Of a DNA stretch of 63,066 nt, positions 18,646 to 30,000 are shown piece by piece. The stretch is from a virus (taxonomy: Duplodnaviria; Caudoviricetes). The stretch lies in IMG/VR virus record IMGVR_UViG_3300003324_000427, positions 1 to 63,066 of that record; one strand, 5' to 3'. The position numbers and the translations under genes were made by a program. The notes below the pieces were generated by a model. That model did no database searches. It worked only from the letters and a program-made list of their open reading frames with translations, and was not told the origin of the DNA. Within the stretch, counting starts at the first letter, position 1. Each line of letters begins with the position of its first letter.

Positions 18646-21600
18646 ATGTTAGTCTATAGACCATCAAAAGGAAACTTCGTAACTGAAGTTGGAATTTCAA
18701 ATGACGCCGAATGGTTCGGTGAATCATTAGGTGGTGTTGTTGTTCCTCGTCTAAAGCTACCTTCCCCACCAAAGAATCCGGTTGAGTCTAATCTTTCTGC
18801 CATTTCAACGTGGTTTTATAAAGACATAACTGATTATGACTTCATAAACGGAAGTTCTACTTATAGAGCAATGTATATTGGTGCTAATGATAAGTTCGAT
18901 GAAAATGAGTTGCTTGGTACTATCTCCGCTTCCATAACGAATGACAGCGGTAATCCAGATTTAGATGATTCTGTAAACTTAGAGATATGGAGAGAAGGTG
19001 GTATTTATGATTTACCATCTGGATTAGCTCACGGTGCCGGAATAGTTCTTGATAATGAACAAGATACCACTAATAAATTAGCTGACGCTGTTTGGTCAAG
19101 CTCAATAGACATAAATGAAACGCTCATATCTGGTCAATATGTGAAAATTTGGATAAAGATAAAATCAAAGAATGATTTGTCTTTACTTGAAACAGGAGAT
19201 TTCTCGTATGTCTATACGATAAATGGACTCTCAATACCCGTATCAAGAGTTAGAGGAAGACTAAACGTATCAAAAGTATATAGCGTTTCCTTAGAAAACA
19301 CCAAACAGAACAACAATTTCGTTGTCCATCAGACACTTCCATATGACTTTGACGCTGATAAGATAGTGAAAATAATTGATCATATGGGCGTCATGAATGT
19401 CTTCTATTTTGATGAAGAAAACAATTTGAAGATAATTTGTGTAAAACCAGACATAGATATCAATGAAAACAAATATGTTGAAGTTGATTTGAGTCCTATT
19501 ACCGGTGACATAAGCTCCGCAATTACTGAACAGCTTTACACAGAAGTTTCGCAATGCGTAACTATCCCACCAACTGGTGAGCCAATTCCTGACCCAATTG
19601 TAAATGACTACTTGAACAAGAGATTCATAGTTGACATTCATTCTACAAACAAAGATAGGAATATATTCTACATCTTCTTCAATGAATTTGTTTCTGATAG
19701 CGATGTCGAATATCAAAGAAACTACGGACACAAACTTTACATTTGGAAAAATGGCATAATCAAAGTAGACTTGGAAAACGTCAACTCATTTGATTTCGAT
19801 ACTATCGAACCCGGATTGGAAAATACCAAATACATAAGTGTTACCGATCAAGATTTAGTATATGAGATAGACGAATGGCATTACCTAACCTCTGTGGTAT
19901 TGCTTGATGACTTGTTTATCTGCGCGGGCTTTGACGTTGAAGACTGTCGTGTCATAGACAACAAGGGTAAGCTTGATTACATTTGGGAAAAGGACATTAT
20001 AAAGTCTGACATAAAAGTCCAGAAGACTCTTATACCAAAAGTTGACAATAACACATTACATACCATAAAAAACAAAGCTTCAAAGGAAGCATATTTGGTG
20101 TTTGATGATATCTCACTTATTGATAGAAACGATTTGAACTACGATAGAGAAGTAATAGTTCTTGATAACAATAAGTCATACGTAAATATGGGAAGTCAGA
20201 CTAGAAGAAGAGTTTATCACGACTACAGCGGTGTGTCATATGATGTCCCATTACAAATTGACGACTTCTCTTCTACATGGGCGTTCTCCATAAACAGAGA
20301 ATCGGTAACTACACAAACAACCGGAACAACTTCTACTCCAACTACGTCAACTCCAGGTAGTAGCACGCCTTTCAATAAGTTCGTGTTGGATAATCCTTAT
20401 GCTGTTCATTTGAAGTTACAAGCTGATTTTAACGAAATCATAGCAAATCCTGACCAACAACCTTATTATGTAAAAACATGGGACTTCTTGAATGAATATG
20501 TTTCTGTGTTCAAACTCCATTGTAACGGTGATGTTTCTAATTATGCTTTAGGTGCTAAGTATAGCTTCTTCGATAAGAGATGGCAGATAACTACTTTCGA
20601 TAAAGACAACGTTGAAAGTACAGTAACAATAATTCCAGATAATGGACAAGAACTATCAGTTGACTACGAAAATGTCATAACGCTTAATGTTACCAGAACT
20701 CAAGTATTTGGTTGCGGTAAGAAGTACATGGTTCATTTTGAACTTTATGTTTCTGGAAAATTGTTATATTCTGGTCAAACATTCACTACGAATACAACAG
20801 ACACGTATGTCGTAACACATAACGACTCTCATAATTTTGCCGGCGGCATCTCCTACTTTGAAGTAAGAGAATACTTAGAAGACTCAGGAAGAGAATACGC
20901 TTATTCCGTATTCCAAGTTCACACTAATCTCGCCTGGGCTGAATTAGAAGATAGTTCATTGAACGAAAACAGCCCTAATGGATTTGAGTTCTTTGGGTTC
21001 AAGAGAAATCTCTTATTCCACAATCTTTCTTGGTCAAACGAAGAAAACTCAGTTGTTTTCCCTATAGTATTACAGGGAAATGCTTACAACATCAGCGAAA
21101 CTTATAACCAAGAAGTAAGAAGAACCACTTTTGATTTCAATCAAATTGATGTCAATAAACCATCATTCATGTTTACATTTGAAGGTGTATCCGTACCTCT
21201 TCAATGGTATGCTGAACAATATGACTTCGATAAAGACATTATGGTAGTATGGGTAAAGCTTGAGAATTGGAAGGGTCAAAGATTAACTATGTACTACGGC
21301 GACGTTCGTCTTATCCAAGACAATATAAATAACGTTGGCGTTTTCAATGGTTTCTATGGTGTCTGGTTGATGGATCAATTTATCCAAGAAAGATACTTGA
21401 GATACTTGACTAACACTATTTTTGACGTTGGTGAAGGAATGCTTGTTGAGAAGAATGCTAATGGAATCTTTATGATTCAATTAGATAAGCAATATATGTT
21501 CGGTATATTGAACCTCTATAAGAGCAACCAGTTTGATGTCAAATACGATGATTATGGTGTTGATAGACACCGTGCTGATAGCGTTAAGGACTTTATAGTC

Positions 21601-21699
21601 TCGCAATCAGAAGGATTCAAACCTGGATTTATGGAAATCAGAAATGTCGAAAGTATTCATCCTTATAAGATAGAATCAAACAATAGCGACAAGGACTAA
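18646..21699 (+). CDS. virion structural protein with C-terminal DUF2341-like domain
   Basis: FDF.......F.F.....PL.WY.E.YD......VWVKL......LTMYYG resembles DUF2341; lies in structural operon. Confidence 0.65.
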   Translation: MLVYRPSKGNFVTEVGISNDAEWFGESLGGVVVPRLKLPSPPKNPVESNLSAISTWFYKDITDYDFINGSSTYRAMYIGANDKFDENELLGTISASITNDSGNPDLDDSVNLEIWREGGIYDLPSGLAHGAGIVLDNEQDTTNKLADAVWSSSIDINETLISGQYVKIWIKIKSKNDLSLLETGDFSYVYTINGLSIPVSRVRGRLNVSKVYSVSLENTKQNNNFVVHQTLPYDFDADKIVKIIDHMGVMNVFYFDEENNLKIICVKPDIDINENKYVEVDLSPITGDISSAITEQLYTEVSQCVTIPPTGEPIPDPIVNDYLNKRFIVDIHSTNKDRNIFYIFFNEFVSDSDVEYQRNYGHKLYIWKNGIIKVDLENVNSFDFDTIEPGLENTKYISVTDQDLVYEIDEWHYLTSVVLLDDLFICAGFDVEDCRVIDNKGKLDYIWEKDIIKSDIKVQKTLIPKVDNNTLHTIKNKASKEAYLVFDDISLIDRNDLNYDREVIVLDNNKSYVNMGSQTRRRVYHDYSGVSYDVPLQIDDFSSTWAFSINRESVTTQTTGTTSTPTTSTPGSSTPFNKFVLDNPYAVHLKLQADFNEIIANPDQQPYYVKTWDFLNEYVSVFKLHCNGDVSNYALGAKYSFFDKRWQITTFDKDNVESTVTIIPDNGQELSVDYENVITLNVTRTQVFGCGKKYMVHFELYVSGKLLYSGQTFTTNTTDTYVVTHNDSHNFAGGISYFEVREYLEDSGREYAYSVFQVHTNLAWAELEDSSLNENSPNGFEFFGFKRNLLFHNLSWSNEENSVVFPIVLQGNAYNISETYNQEVRRTTFDFNQIDVNKPSFMFTFEGVSVPLQWYAEQYDFDKDIMVVWVKLENWKGQRLTMYYGDVRLIQDNINNVGVFNGFYGVWLMDQFIQERYLRYLTNTIFDVGEGMLVEKNANGIFMIQLDKQYMFGILNLYKSNQFDVKYDDYGVDRHRADSVKDFIVSQSEGFKPGFMEIRNVESIHPYKIESNNSDKD

Positions 21700-21701
21700 A
21701 T

Positions 21702-22469
21702 ATGTCAAACTTACTAATAGATAACAGAAAGATAACAGATGGCATAATCGCTACGCCAGGGACCAATACCAATACATGGTACTGCAGAGAGCCTAACAAT
21801 AGCTTTAGCATCAATGGTGCTTTCAATGGCGCAGAGAGCTTGTTTGATTGGGTACTCACTAAGACAACAAACTCCAAATACATCAAGTCCGGTGTCGTAA
21901 AGATAGCCGCTGCTAAAAAGTCACTTGTGGTTCTGTTTGATACCGCATTTCCAAGTTCTGACTACTTCGTGTTCTTCTCTTCAAATGCCAATGTAAAATT
22001 GTTCTACGTTGATAAGAAGATAAATCGATTTGTTATCAACGCAAGTTCAAATGTTGGTACAGAAGTCACCTGGATAGCTTTCCATAAGGAATTCGCCAAG
22101 AAAACTGGTGTAAATAACCCAGGAAGTATTTTTGTTGGTAGCAGAACATTCGGGGAACCAATTCCAGATATTATTTTACCTGACGGAAGCATATTGGAAA
22201 CATTGGACATTACAAACGACGAATATGCTAATATGTCGTCTTGGTATCACAACGAATACATAATAAAGCCAACAAATTACATAGACGGAATACAACAAAC
22301 TCCAGATTTAGATGAATATTCAACCATACTAACACCTAGCAGTAATATAAATATATTTTGGTGTGAAAAAGCCAGAGATAGAGTCAAAATCGCTGCTAGT
22401 TATCCAAAACAATGTATAATAGATTATCTCATGATAAAAAAAGGCATTGACTGGTGGGATGAATTCTAA
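21702..22469 (+). CDS. virion structural protein with two copies of the recurrent beta module
   Basis: SG.V......V.FDTAF..SDY.V....N.NV..FY..K....F.I module, plus a second degenerate copy. Confidence 0.7.
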   Translation: MSNLLIDNRKITDGIIATPGTNTNTWYCREPNNSFSINGAFNGAESLFDWVLTKTTNSKYIKSGVVKIAAAKKSLVVLFDTAFPSSDYFVFFSSNANVKLFYVDKKINRFVINASSNVGTEVTWIAFHKEFAKKTGVNNPGSIFVGSRTFGEPIPDIILPDGSILETLDITNDEYANMSSWYHNEYIIKPTNYIDGIQQTPDLDEYSTILTPSSNINIFWCEKARDRVKIAASYPKQCIIDYLMIKKGIDWWDEF

Positions 22470-22487
22470 TAGAATAAGGAGTTTTAG

Positions 22488-24017
22488 ATGGCAAAGTTGA
22501 ATAAGGACATAACCCTGGTCAATCCTACTGACCTCGTTAATGACCAAAATGCCAATGCTGCTCCTAGAGAAATCCAAGAGAATATCAATTATATTCTCAA
22601 TTATTTGAATGGTAATAAGGCTCTCCTTAGCGGTATTTTTGGTAATTTGTGGGACTATAACAGCGACGGAAAGAGAATCCTAAGCAATGGTGGAAAGTTT
22701 GACACGTTTAAGAAGTGTCAAGCATGGAAGTCTCTTACTGATTACGCAGTAAGTAATGACGTTGAAATCTCTTTCGATTCCGCTAATGAAAAGTGCGTTT
22801 ACGAAGGTAGAAGCACGCTAACTACCAATAGAGAGAAGTGGATTGAAAGAGAAATCTGGATTCCAGAAACACTCAGAGACCAAGAATTGGTATTCTCTAT
22901 AAAAGCTGCCGGTTCATCAGAACAAACAGGTTGGGATCAAACTAATTCAGTTTACGAAACCATAGCTATTCAAATCCTCGGTGGAGAGGAAGATGTAAAC
23001 GCATTTAGAACTGTCGGTTATTGGAACAACCATAATTATTACGCAAATACGTCATATGCTCCATCAATGACAACGCAACATGTGTTTTTCAGAACAAGTA
23101 AGAGCACTACAAGCGTAAAAATAAAGATTTACAGAACGTTGAACACTGGTTACTTACATATTGATAAGATTTACGTCGGCGGTTTAGCTACCCCTTACGA
23201 TAATGCTACCGAAACTTACGATTTCACTAACTTGGACATCAATGAATTGTTTGATTACACCAACGGAATAACCAAAGTTATATCAACAGCAGTAATGGGA
23301 CATAAAGTTCCAGATAAGTTTGAGAACATTAGAGGTTCCGATATAGTTACGTTTGAATCTTTGATGCTTTTCCTTCGCTCCTGGTTGTATAATTCATCTG
23401 GAAATTGTAACATTCAAAACTTACAAGGAAGCACTGATGTTGATACTGTAAGTAAGTTATATACCATAACTGATTCAAAAATTGTAGAAGGCGACGTACC
23501 TGTAGTAAGTTTGGAATTACCAGATGACTCAACAGACGTTGGTTTCAATTACGCATTAGTTGCTACTGGTACTTCCGGTTCTAGTGGTTATGACATTACT
23601 ATTCTTGATGATTGTGTAAGCGTAACTGAAGTAACTGATGCTTTATCTAAGCCAGTTTCTTCTGGCGATTGTGAATTCTGCTTATCGTGTGTAACACAAG
23701 ATGTTTCTGGTGATACATCATATAAGACATTTGAATGTAGATTTAGACGTGACCTCCACATAGATGGTGTTATGAACGTTCAAGATGGACAATTCCAAGT
23801 CCTTCTTTCTGTTCCTGCTCCAACTAGTGGTTATAAGATAAATTGGCAGATAAATAGATTTGACTGTGAAAGTGCGGCAACAACATCAGCAAGCGGAGTT
23901 GGCAACTTCTTCTCTCCTGAGTTAGCACTAAGTAGCTTAAGCTTACCATCAGCCGATGAAGAACCAACCCCAACCGCATATCCAGACATATTCAATTATA
24001 CTTCTGATTTACAATAA
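22488..24017 (+). CDS. virion structural / tail appendage protein (509 aa)
   Basis: AGGAG SD; NG.F... carbohydrate-binding-like beta region; Cys-rich C-terminal part. Confidence 0.7.
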   Translation: MAKLNKDITLVNPTDLVNDQNANAAPREIQENINYILNYLNGNKALLSGIFGNLWDYNSDGKRILSNGGKFDTFKKCQAWKSLTDYAVSNDVEISFDSANEKCVYEGRSTLTTNREKWIEREIWIPETLRDQELVFSIKAAGSSEQTGWDQTNSVYETIAIQILGGEEDVNAFRTVGYWNNHNYYANTSYAPSMTTQHVFFRTSKSTTSVKIKIYRTLNTGYLHIDKIYVGGLATPYDNATETYDFTNLDINELFDYTNGITKVISTAVMGHKVPDKFENIRGSDIVTFESLMLFLRSWLYNSSGNCNIQNLQGSTDVDTVSKLYTITDSKIVEGDVPVVSLELPDDSTDVGFNYALVATGTSGSSGYDITILDDCVSVTEVTDALSKPVSSGDCEFCLSCVTQDVSGDTSYKTFECRFRRDLHIDGVMNVQDGQFQVLLSVPAPTSGYKINWQINRFDCESAATTSASGVGNFFSPELALSSLSLPSADEEPTPTAYPDIFNYTSDLQ

Positions 24018-24064
24018 TGACGGTGTGAATGTCGTATAATATTATTGAAAATCACGGGAAATAA

Positions 24065-27000
24065 ATGACAATAGGTGATACAAGAGAATTTACTGCAGCA
24101 GAAAGGATAACTATAATCGGAAACGATAATAGTGATAGGATTTCCGCTGACATTCTCAAAGTATCAATTGATGGTACTAAATTCGGCACTATACAACCAG
24201 CTATCGCATTCAATGACGAATGGTCCACTAAGACTGAGAATTTCTCAGGTGGTGGTGAATTCATCAACAACATAAACATTTCAAATTTATTAGACATTCC
24301 CGCTGGTGTCATTTGGGATAATGATAATAGCACTTTAACATTCAAAGATAACTCTATCCAAGAATACGACTCAACTGGTTGCCCATTAGAAGGTACAGAT
24401 GAGATAACTTTATCGCAATTAACTGGCGACGTTGAAGTGTTGACTTACTTTGATAAGGTAAATCAATTCGGTAAGGTTTATGACTTCCAATTCAGACAAA
24501 TTCAATTTGGACAATACAAGTTTGCTAATACTAGAATCTGTTCCGCTATTGCTAGCGCTTTGGGATACTTCTCTGTAGATAAAATCATAAATGACGAAAA
24601 AGTAAGAATGGAAAAGCAGAATGCTTTATACCAACAGTATAAAGATGATCCTGAAAATTCCGCTAACTTCAAACCATATTCTGGTTTCCTCACTAGTGAA
24701 TCTTATCTCAATGAAGGTTGGATAGATTTTGACCACTTAGTCCATGTTTTCTATGAAAACGAAAACGCATATGACTCAGACGCATCTCTTTCAATCATAA
24801 CTAAGAAATTCTCAGAAGCTAAGAGAGCACTCGTAATGCTCTGCCTCAGCTATTCAAGCGATATAGTTGATTTAGCTTCATTCAATAAGATTACTGATTT
24901 CGGAGTTCGTGTCGTAGATAAAACTACTGGACAGTTACTTGATTTCTCTAACTTCAAGAATGACTTACACGCAACTTACGGTAACTCAGGAATTGCCTTG
25001 TTCACTGGTAAGTTACAATATGCTAATTCAACTGATGCCGCAGCCGATCCAAAGTGTAGCCCATGTACATCAATAAAAGTTGACAAGTGTACTGGCGAAA
25101 TGTCAGAAGTTACACATTGCTCCACTAACAAGAGCAATGAGCAAACCGGCGTCAACCACCTTCTATCTCCGCAATTCAGATTGAACCCATTGATAGAAAC
25201 TAGAAAGAATAAGCAAGATATTCTCAACACTATAGACCCTATCCAATGGACAACCGGTACTCAAGATTTCACTGAAGAAGATTTCCCAGGTATTACCGAT
25301 TTGAGAGAAGAATTCGGTGAGGATACTCTTACTGTAGGACGTTTGAATGAAGATAGAGGTTTTGCGCTCGGCGGCGGTAAGGATCACACTGACGGTTTCG
25401 TTGCCTCTGGTTTCTATCACCAATTAGACCAAGCAACTGATACTTCGACTTATGGACTAAGAAGCTCAACAGAAGAATGGAACGGTACAGCGTGGGTTAC
25501 ATTATCCACTGGTGACGTTCCATCCCCAAGAGGCGCAGGTTTAGGTGGCGGTGAAAAGACTTTCAAGGCAATCGCTTTCGGAACTAGACCAAATTACACC
25601 CCATACACTGACATAAGCGTTGCTTCTGCAGTTCCTGTTTCTTTCACTACTACCACACAAACAAGCGATACTTTGGTATTCGCAGATGGTGCTTGGTATT
25701 CTCTTCCAGCCGGTTCCAATACTAACGTTCCAAGACACTCCGTAGCCGGATTCTTGAAGTCAACTTATAGAGCAACCGGAGCCGATGGTAAGAGCGTCAC
25801 TGGATGTAACGGTGGTAGCACAACTTCTACTAGTCTATCTAATCTTATTGGTGAAGACGTTGAAGATGACGTTGATTTAGCACTCTGTCCAGAAGTTTTA
25901 GCCGCAGCAAGTTCATTCATAAGAGATGCCGGTGCCCGTGCCGCAGGACAGATGACTAATACATCGTTGAAGATGGTTGGTCCGGCATTTGATCCTAATT
26001 GTATGAACGAAACTGGAACTAGCGAAAATGATGTTCCAACAAACTCAAGCGGATTGGGATTCAACCTACCAGATATCACTATTGGTGGTTCAATAAGCTG
26101 CTCCGGTGTATCAATAGATTCCAACTTCTCAACTAAGTCAACATTTGCTCAAGATTTCGTTGTTCCTCTTTGCCCTTCTGTAAGCAATAAGCTTCCAAGT
26201 CTCGGTGGTATATTCCCAGGTCCAACAATGGGACTCCCACCTGGAATAACTACTGACCCTGGACACCCTGTAGCATCTTGGAAGGACCCAGTTGTTATGC
26301 CTGACGGTTCTATCGTATTTAAGGACGATAGCGCAACTGTTGATCCTGGATTGCTAAGAACTAATTCCTCTGGAAGACCATCTAATGTTGATTCCGGAAG
26401 TTACTATGAATTCTGGAATTTGAGCGGTATTGCCTTCAATGGTTCCACAGGCGACATGAAGTTAGATGGTGTTATTGAAAACGAATTGTCAGATACTTTT
26501 GAATTCATAAGCTGGATACGTATTCACCATCACGCAACTATAAGAAAGTCACCAACAACTTATAAGCCTTATACTTTCAAGTTTGAGCAAGGTTGCTGGA
26601 ACGTTGACACGACAAGAAAATATCCAATAAAGACTGTCGGTACTTGCTATGTAGGTAACGAATGTACTGGATTGGCTACAGGCGGTAAGACATCGAATCA
26701 GTTAGTTGGATGTGAAAGCGATAATGCTTCATTGAATATGAAGTATGGATATTTCTCAGATTCCCGTTACGACGAATTCAACAATTCAGTAGTAAATATA
26801 GCTTACGAAAACAACGGTTCTGCTTGGATAAGAAGAGATAATTTACCGGAAAACGTTTGCTACCATGTTGGTGTTGGTAATAAGGACCACGCTCTGTTTT
26901 GGGGCGGTATCCACGCTACTCTCGAAACTCCTAACGTTTCAGTTTCTTTCCCTGGTTGTGAAGATTGGTACCAAATGGTTAGAAACTTTGGTGGTGTCTT

Positions 27001-30000
27001 CAACAGAAGAGGAAACATTGGTTTAGACAAGGAAGTAAGATATACATTCTTCGGAACACAAGCCGTAGACGATTTCGGTAATCACTATTTCAAAGCTGGT
27101 GACAACCGCGATCCAAACAAAGACGGTATTGTTTATAGCCAAGAATATATTGATTCTGGTTCCTCAACATCGTTGAGCGGTAGAAATTGGGAAGGATACA
27201 CAACTTCTAACCCTGGTCACATATATTCCGTTTCTTACACGGGTAAGAATAAGGATGTTGATGAACCGCAAACTGGACTTGAAATCATCTACTTCACTCA
27301 CGGTGAAAGCTGGATAGGTGATGCGGTTGTTGCTGAAAACCTCAATAACGGAAATGCCGAATTACCATACGCAGAAAGACAAGCCGCTGCTGTGTTGGGT
27401 GTAGATGGTGAAAGCGAAACAACTGATCAAGTAGGTTCTTATATCAAGTCTCTTCTTGCTGAAGGATTTGATCAATTTGAAGAAACTTGGAGACCTGATA
27501 CCGAAACTAATAGCTTCCCACTCAGCGGTTTCTGGCCAAAACTTTACAACTATTTCTTGAACGGTTCTGATCAAAGACCTGTATGGAAATATTCGGGACA
27601 CCCTGTAGATGGCGCAATGTGGATATGGTCACGTCCAACCGCAGGTGAAGCTTTCTTCAATCCTAAGAATCTCCATCCGGAACCAATTTCGGAATCAGAA
27701 TGGCAATCACTCGAAAAGTGGAAATTACACTCTTTTGAAAACCACACTGGTTTAGAATACTTCTACACTAAGTTTGATGCTAACTATTCAGATTTAGTTG
27801 ATTATACTTTAGAAACACCAAGTTCTGGTAATTACAAGAAGACAGTCTATTGGGTAACTGATAACTTTGACACTAATAGCGATAATACCTATACAACTCT
27901 TTACGACTACGATCCGTTCAAGATTGAACAATTCTTAGACGAATATGCTGGCGTTATCACCTATTCTTCCTGGCAAAACTTCTTAGCACAAGAAGGTGGT
28001 AGAGTCCGCGTCCGTTCAGAAGACCCATACATGAAGCACGAATACCTCAGAAGTGTCGTTGCTGATGAAAGCCTATATAACCTCTATAAGAGAGGTAAGA
28101 TAAGCTCAATAAATGTACCATCTTCTGGTGGTTTAGCTCCGCAATTGTTTACCCACAACATTTCATCTTGTCTAAGTTTCTCTAACTCTTACGACGTAAC
28201 ATTAACTCCATCTGCTACATTACCTGCGTACAGCATTTCAAAATTCGTAAGCGGATTTACTATCCACTTATCTGGCGCATACAACGGAGACATCTCTTGG
28301 GAAATCTCAGAAGATATCATTCCGGATGTAGCTAAAGCATGGTGTGAATATAGAAAGAGCTACAACGAAATTTCTAGTGGTATTGGTTACTACTATGAAG
28401 ACAATATTGTAAGTGATTTCAGATCATTCACTGCAGCAAAGATTGTAAAGGTAATATCTAAGGCAAACGAAGATGGTTATATACCAAAAGAAGCTCTTAG
28501 TGATCCTCTCTTAGCACACGTACCCGAAGAAGGTATGACGCCACCAATAGCAACTTCCGGTGGATACAGATATTACGCACCAACACCATATGATGTAAGC
28601 GAATACGCTGATATATTCTCAGACCCAGACATGATAGTTCCACTTTCTCAATTAACATTGAGAGATTGGGATGCTTCCTCGCCAATAACATCAGGCGCAT
28701 GGGCATTGTCAAGATATAAGCTAGCCAACGTCTTATCTAGAGACGAAGACGGAAATCTTGTTCAAACAGTAAAGAAGGTTCTTTCTTATACCAAGACTTT
28801 AACAGAAAACCCAAGAGACTTCTTCTATAGTCATAACTTAGCATCGCATGTTGATGGTTATAACAGAAGATTCTACTTACCAAAAGTAAAGAGCAAATTC
28901 ATTGAAGACTTCTCAATTAGCGACACTAGAAGTGAAAATGGACTATTGTTGTTGCCGGAACTCAACAAGAGATATATTAGCAAGTATTTCCCTGACTCTG
29001 TTCTTTCTAACAACCTCGCATGTTACGGAAATAGCGGCTTAGTAATAGACGGAATTTCATATGTTGACACTGGTAGATACTCATCTCTTTCGGAAACTTG
29101 CTCTGGATTTGCTTACAGAACAAATGCGGATTTAGCAACCATACTTTCATATGGTAACAATTATGACATATTGGGTGGTTCGTTTGACATGTTCTGGTTC
29201 AATAATGTAACCAGAAGTGCCGATGAAATAGACCCATCTCTACAATACGAGAGCGGTTCGGAATATGACGAATCCCTTGACGCTATTGCTCAAGCAGTTT
29301 ACATGCCATCTAAGCAATCCGCTGGCTTTGATGACTTCCATTACTTCTATAAAGTAAACACTTGGTCATCACAAATAAGCTCTGCTAACTTGGACCCAAA
29401 TAGCGCTTCATTCTGGATTACTGGTGGTTATGCTCCAGTTAGCGCATGCCAATCTGCTAATACTTCCGCAGGTGATCCAGATATTGATACCAATTGCTGG
29501 CCAACCGATACTCTCACACCTTCTTCAAACCCAATAACAGCAACTACAGTTGATAGTATTTCCTATCAAGTTTCTGGTTCTGGTTACATATTCTCAGCTT
29601 CCGGAAGATACCTAACAGATTACAACTCTTCTGCTGTTGCTGATATTTCTGCTGGCTTCGCATATCACTTTGGATATGAAAGAAGTCTCCATAACGTAGC
29701 TCCAATAACCAATATATCCGATAGATTTGATCAGTTTGATTACTTCCGCTATCGCTTTGAGGACCACAATGCTGCAGATTGGTTATACATGCCAACTGTT
29801 CTTGAAGGTGAATATAATGGCGGTGATGCCCTTGATGACATGGGCTTTGCTACCGGTACTTACGCTCCAAGTGGTATAACATATTCATTCTATATCACAA
29901 GAAATTGCGGCGGATTGGATCAATTCATTTGGGGTAGAGATAAGAAGACATTCGTTGAAAAGTGGAAGCAACCATGTGTTGATGAAGTCTTAAATGCTCT

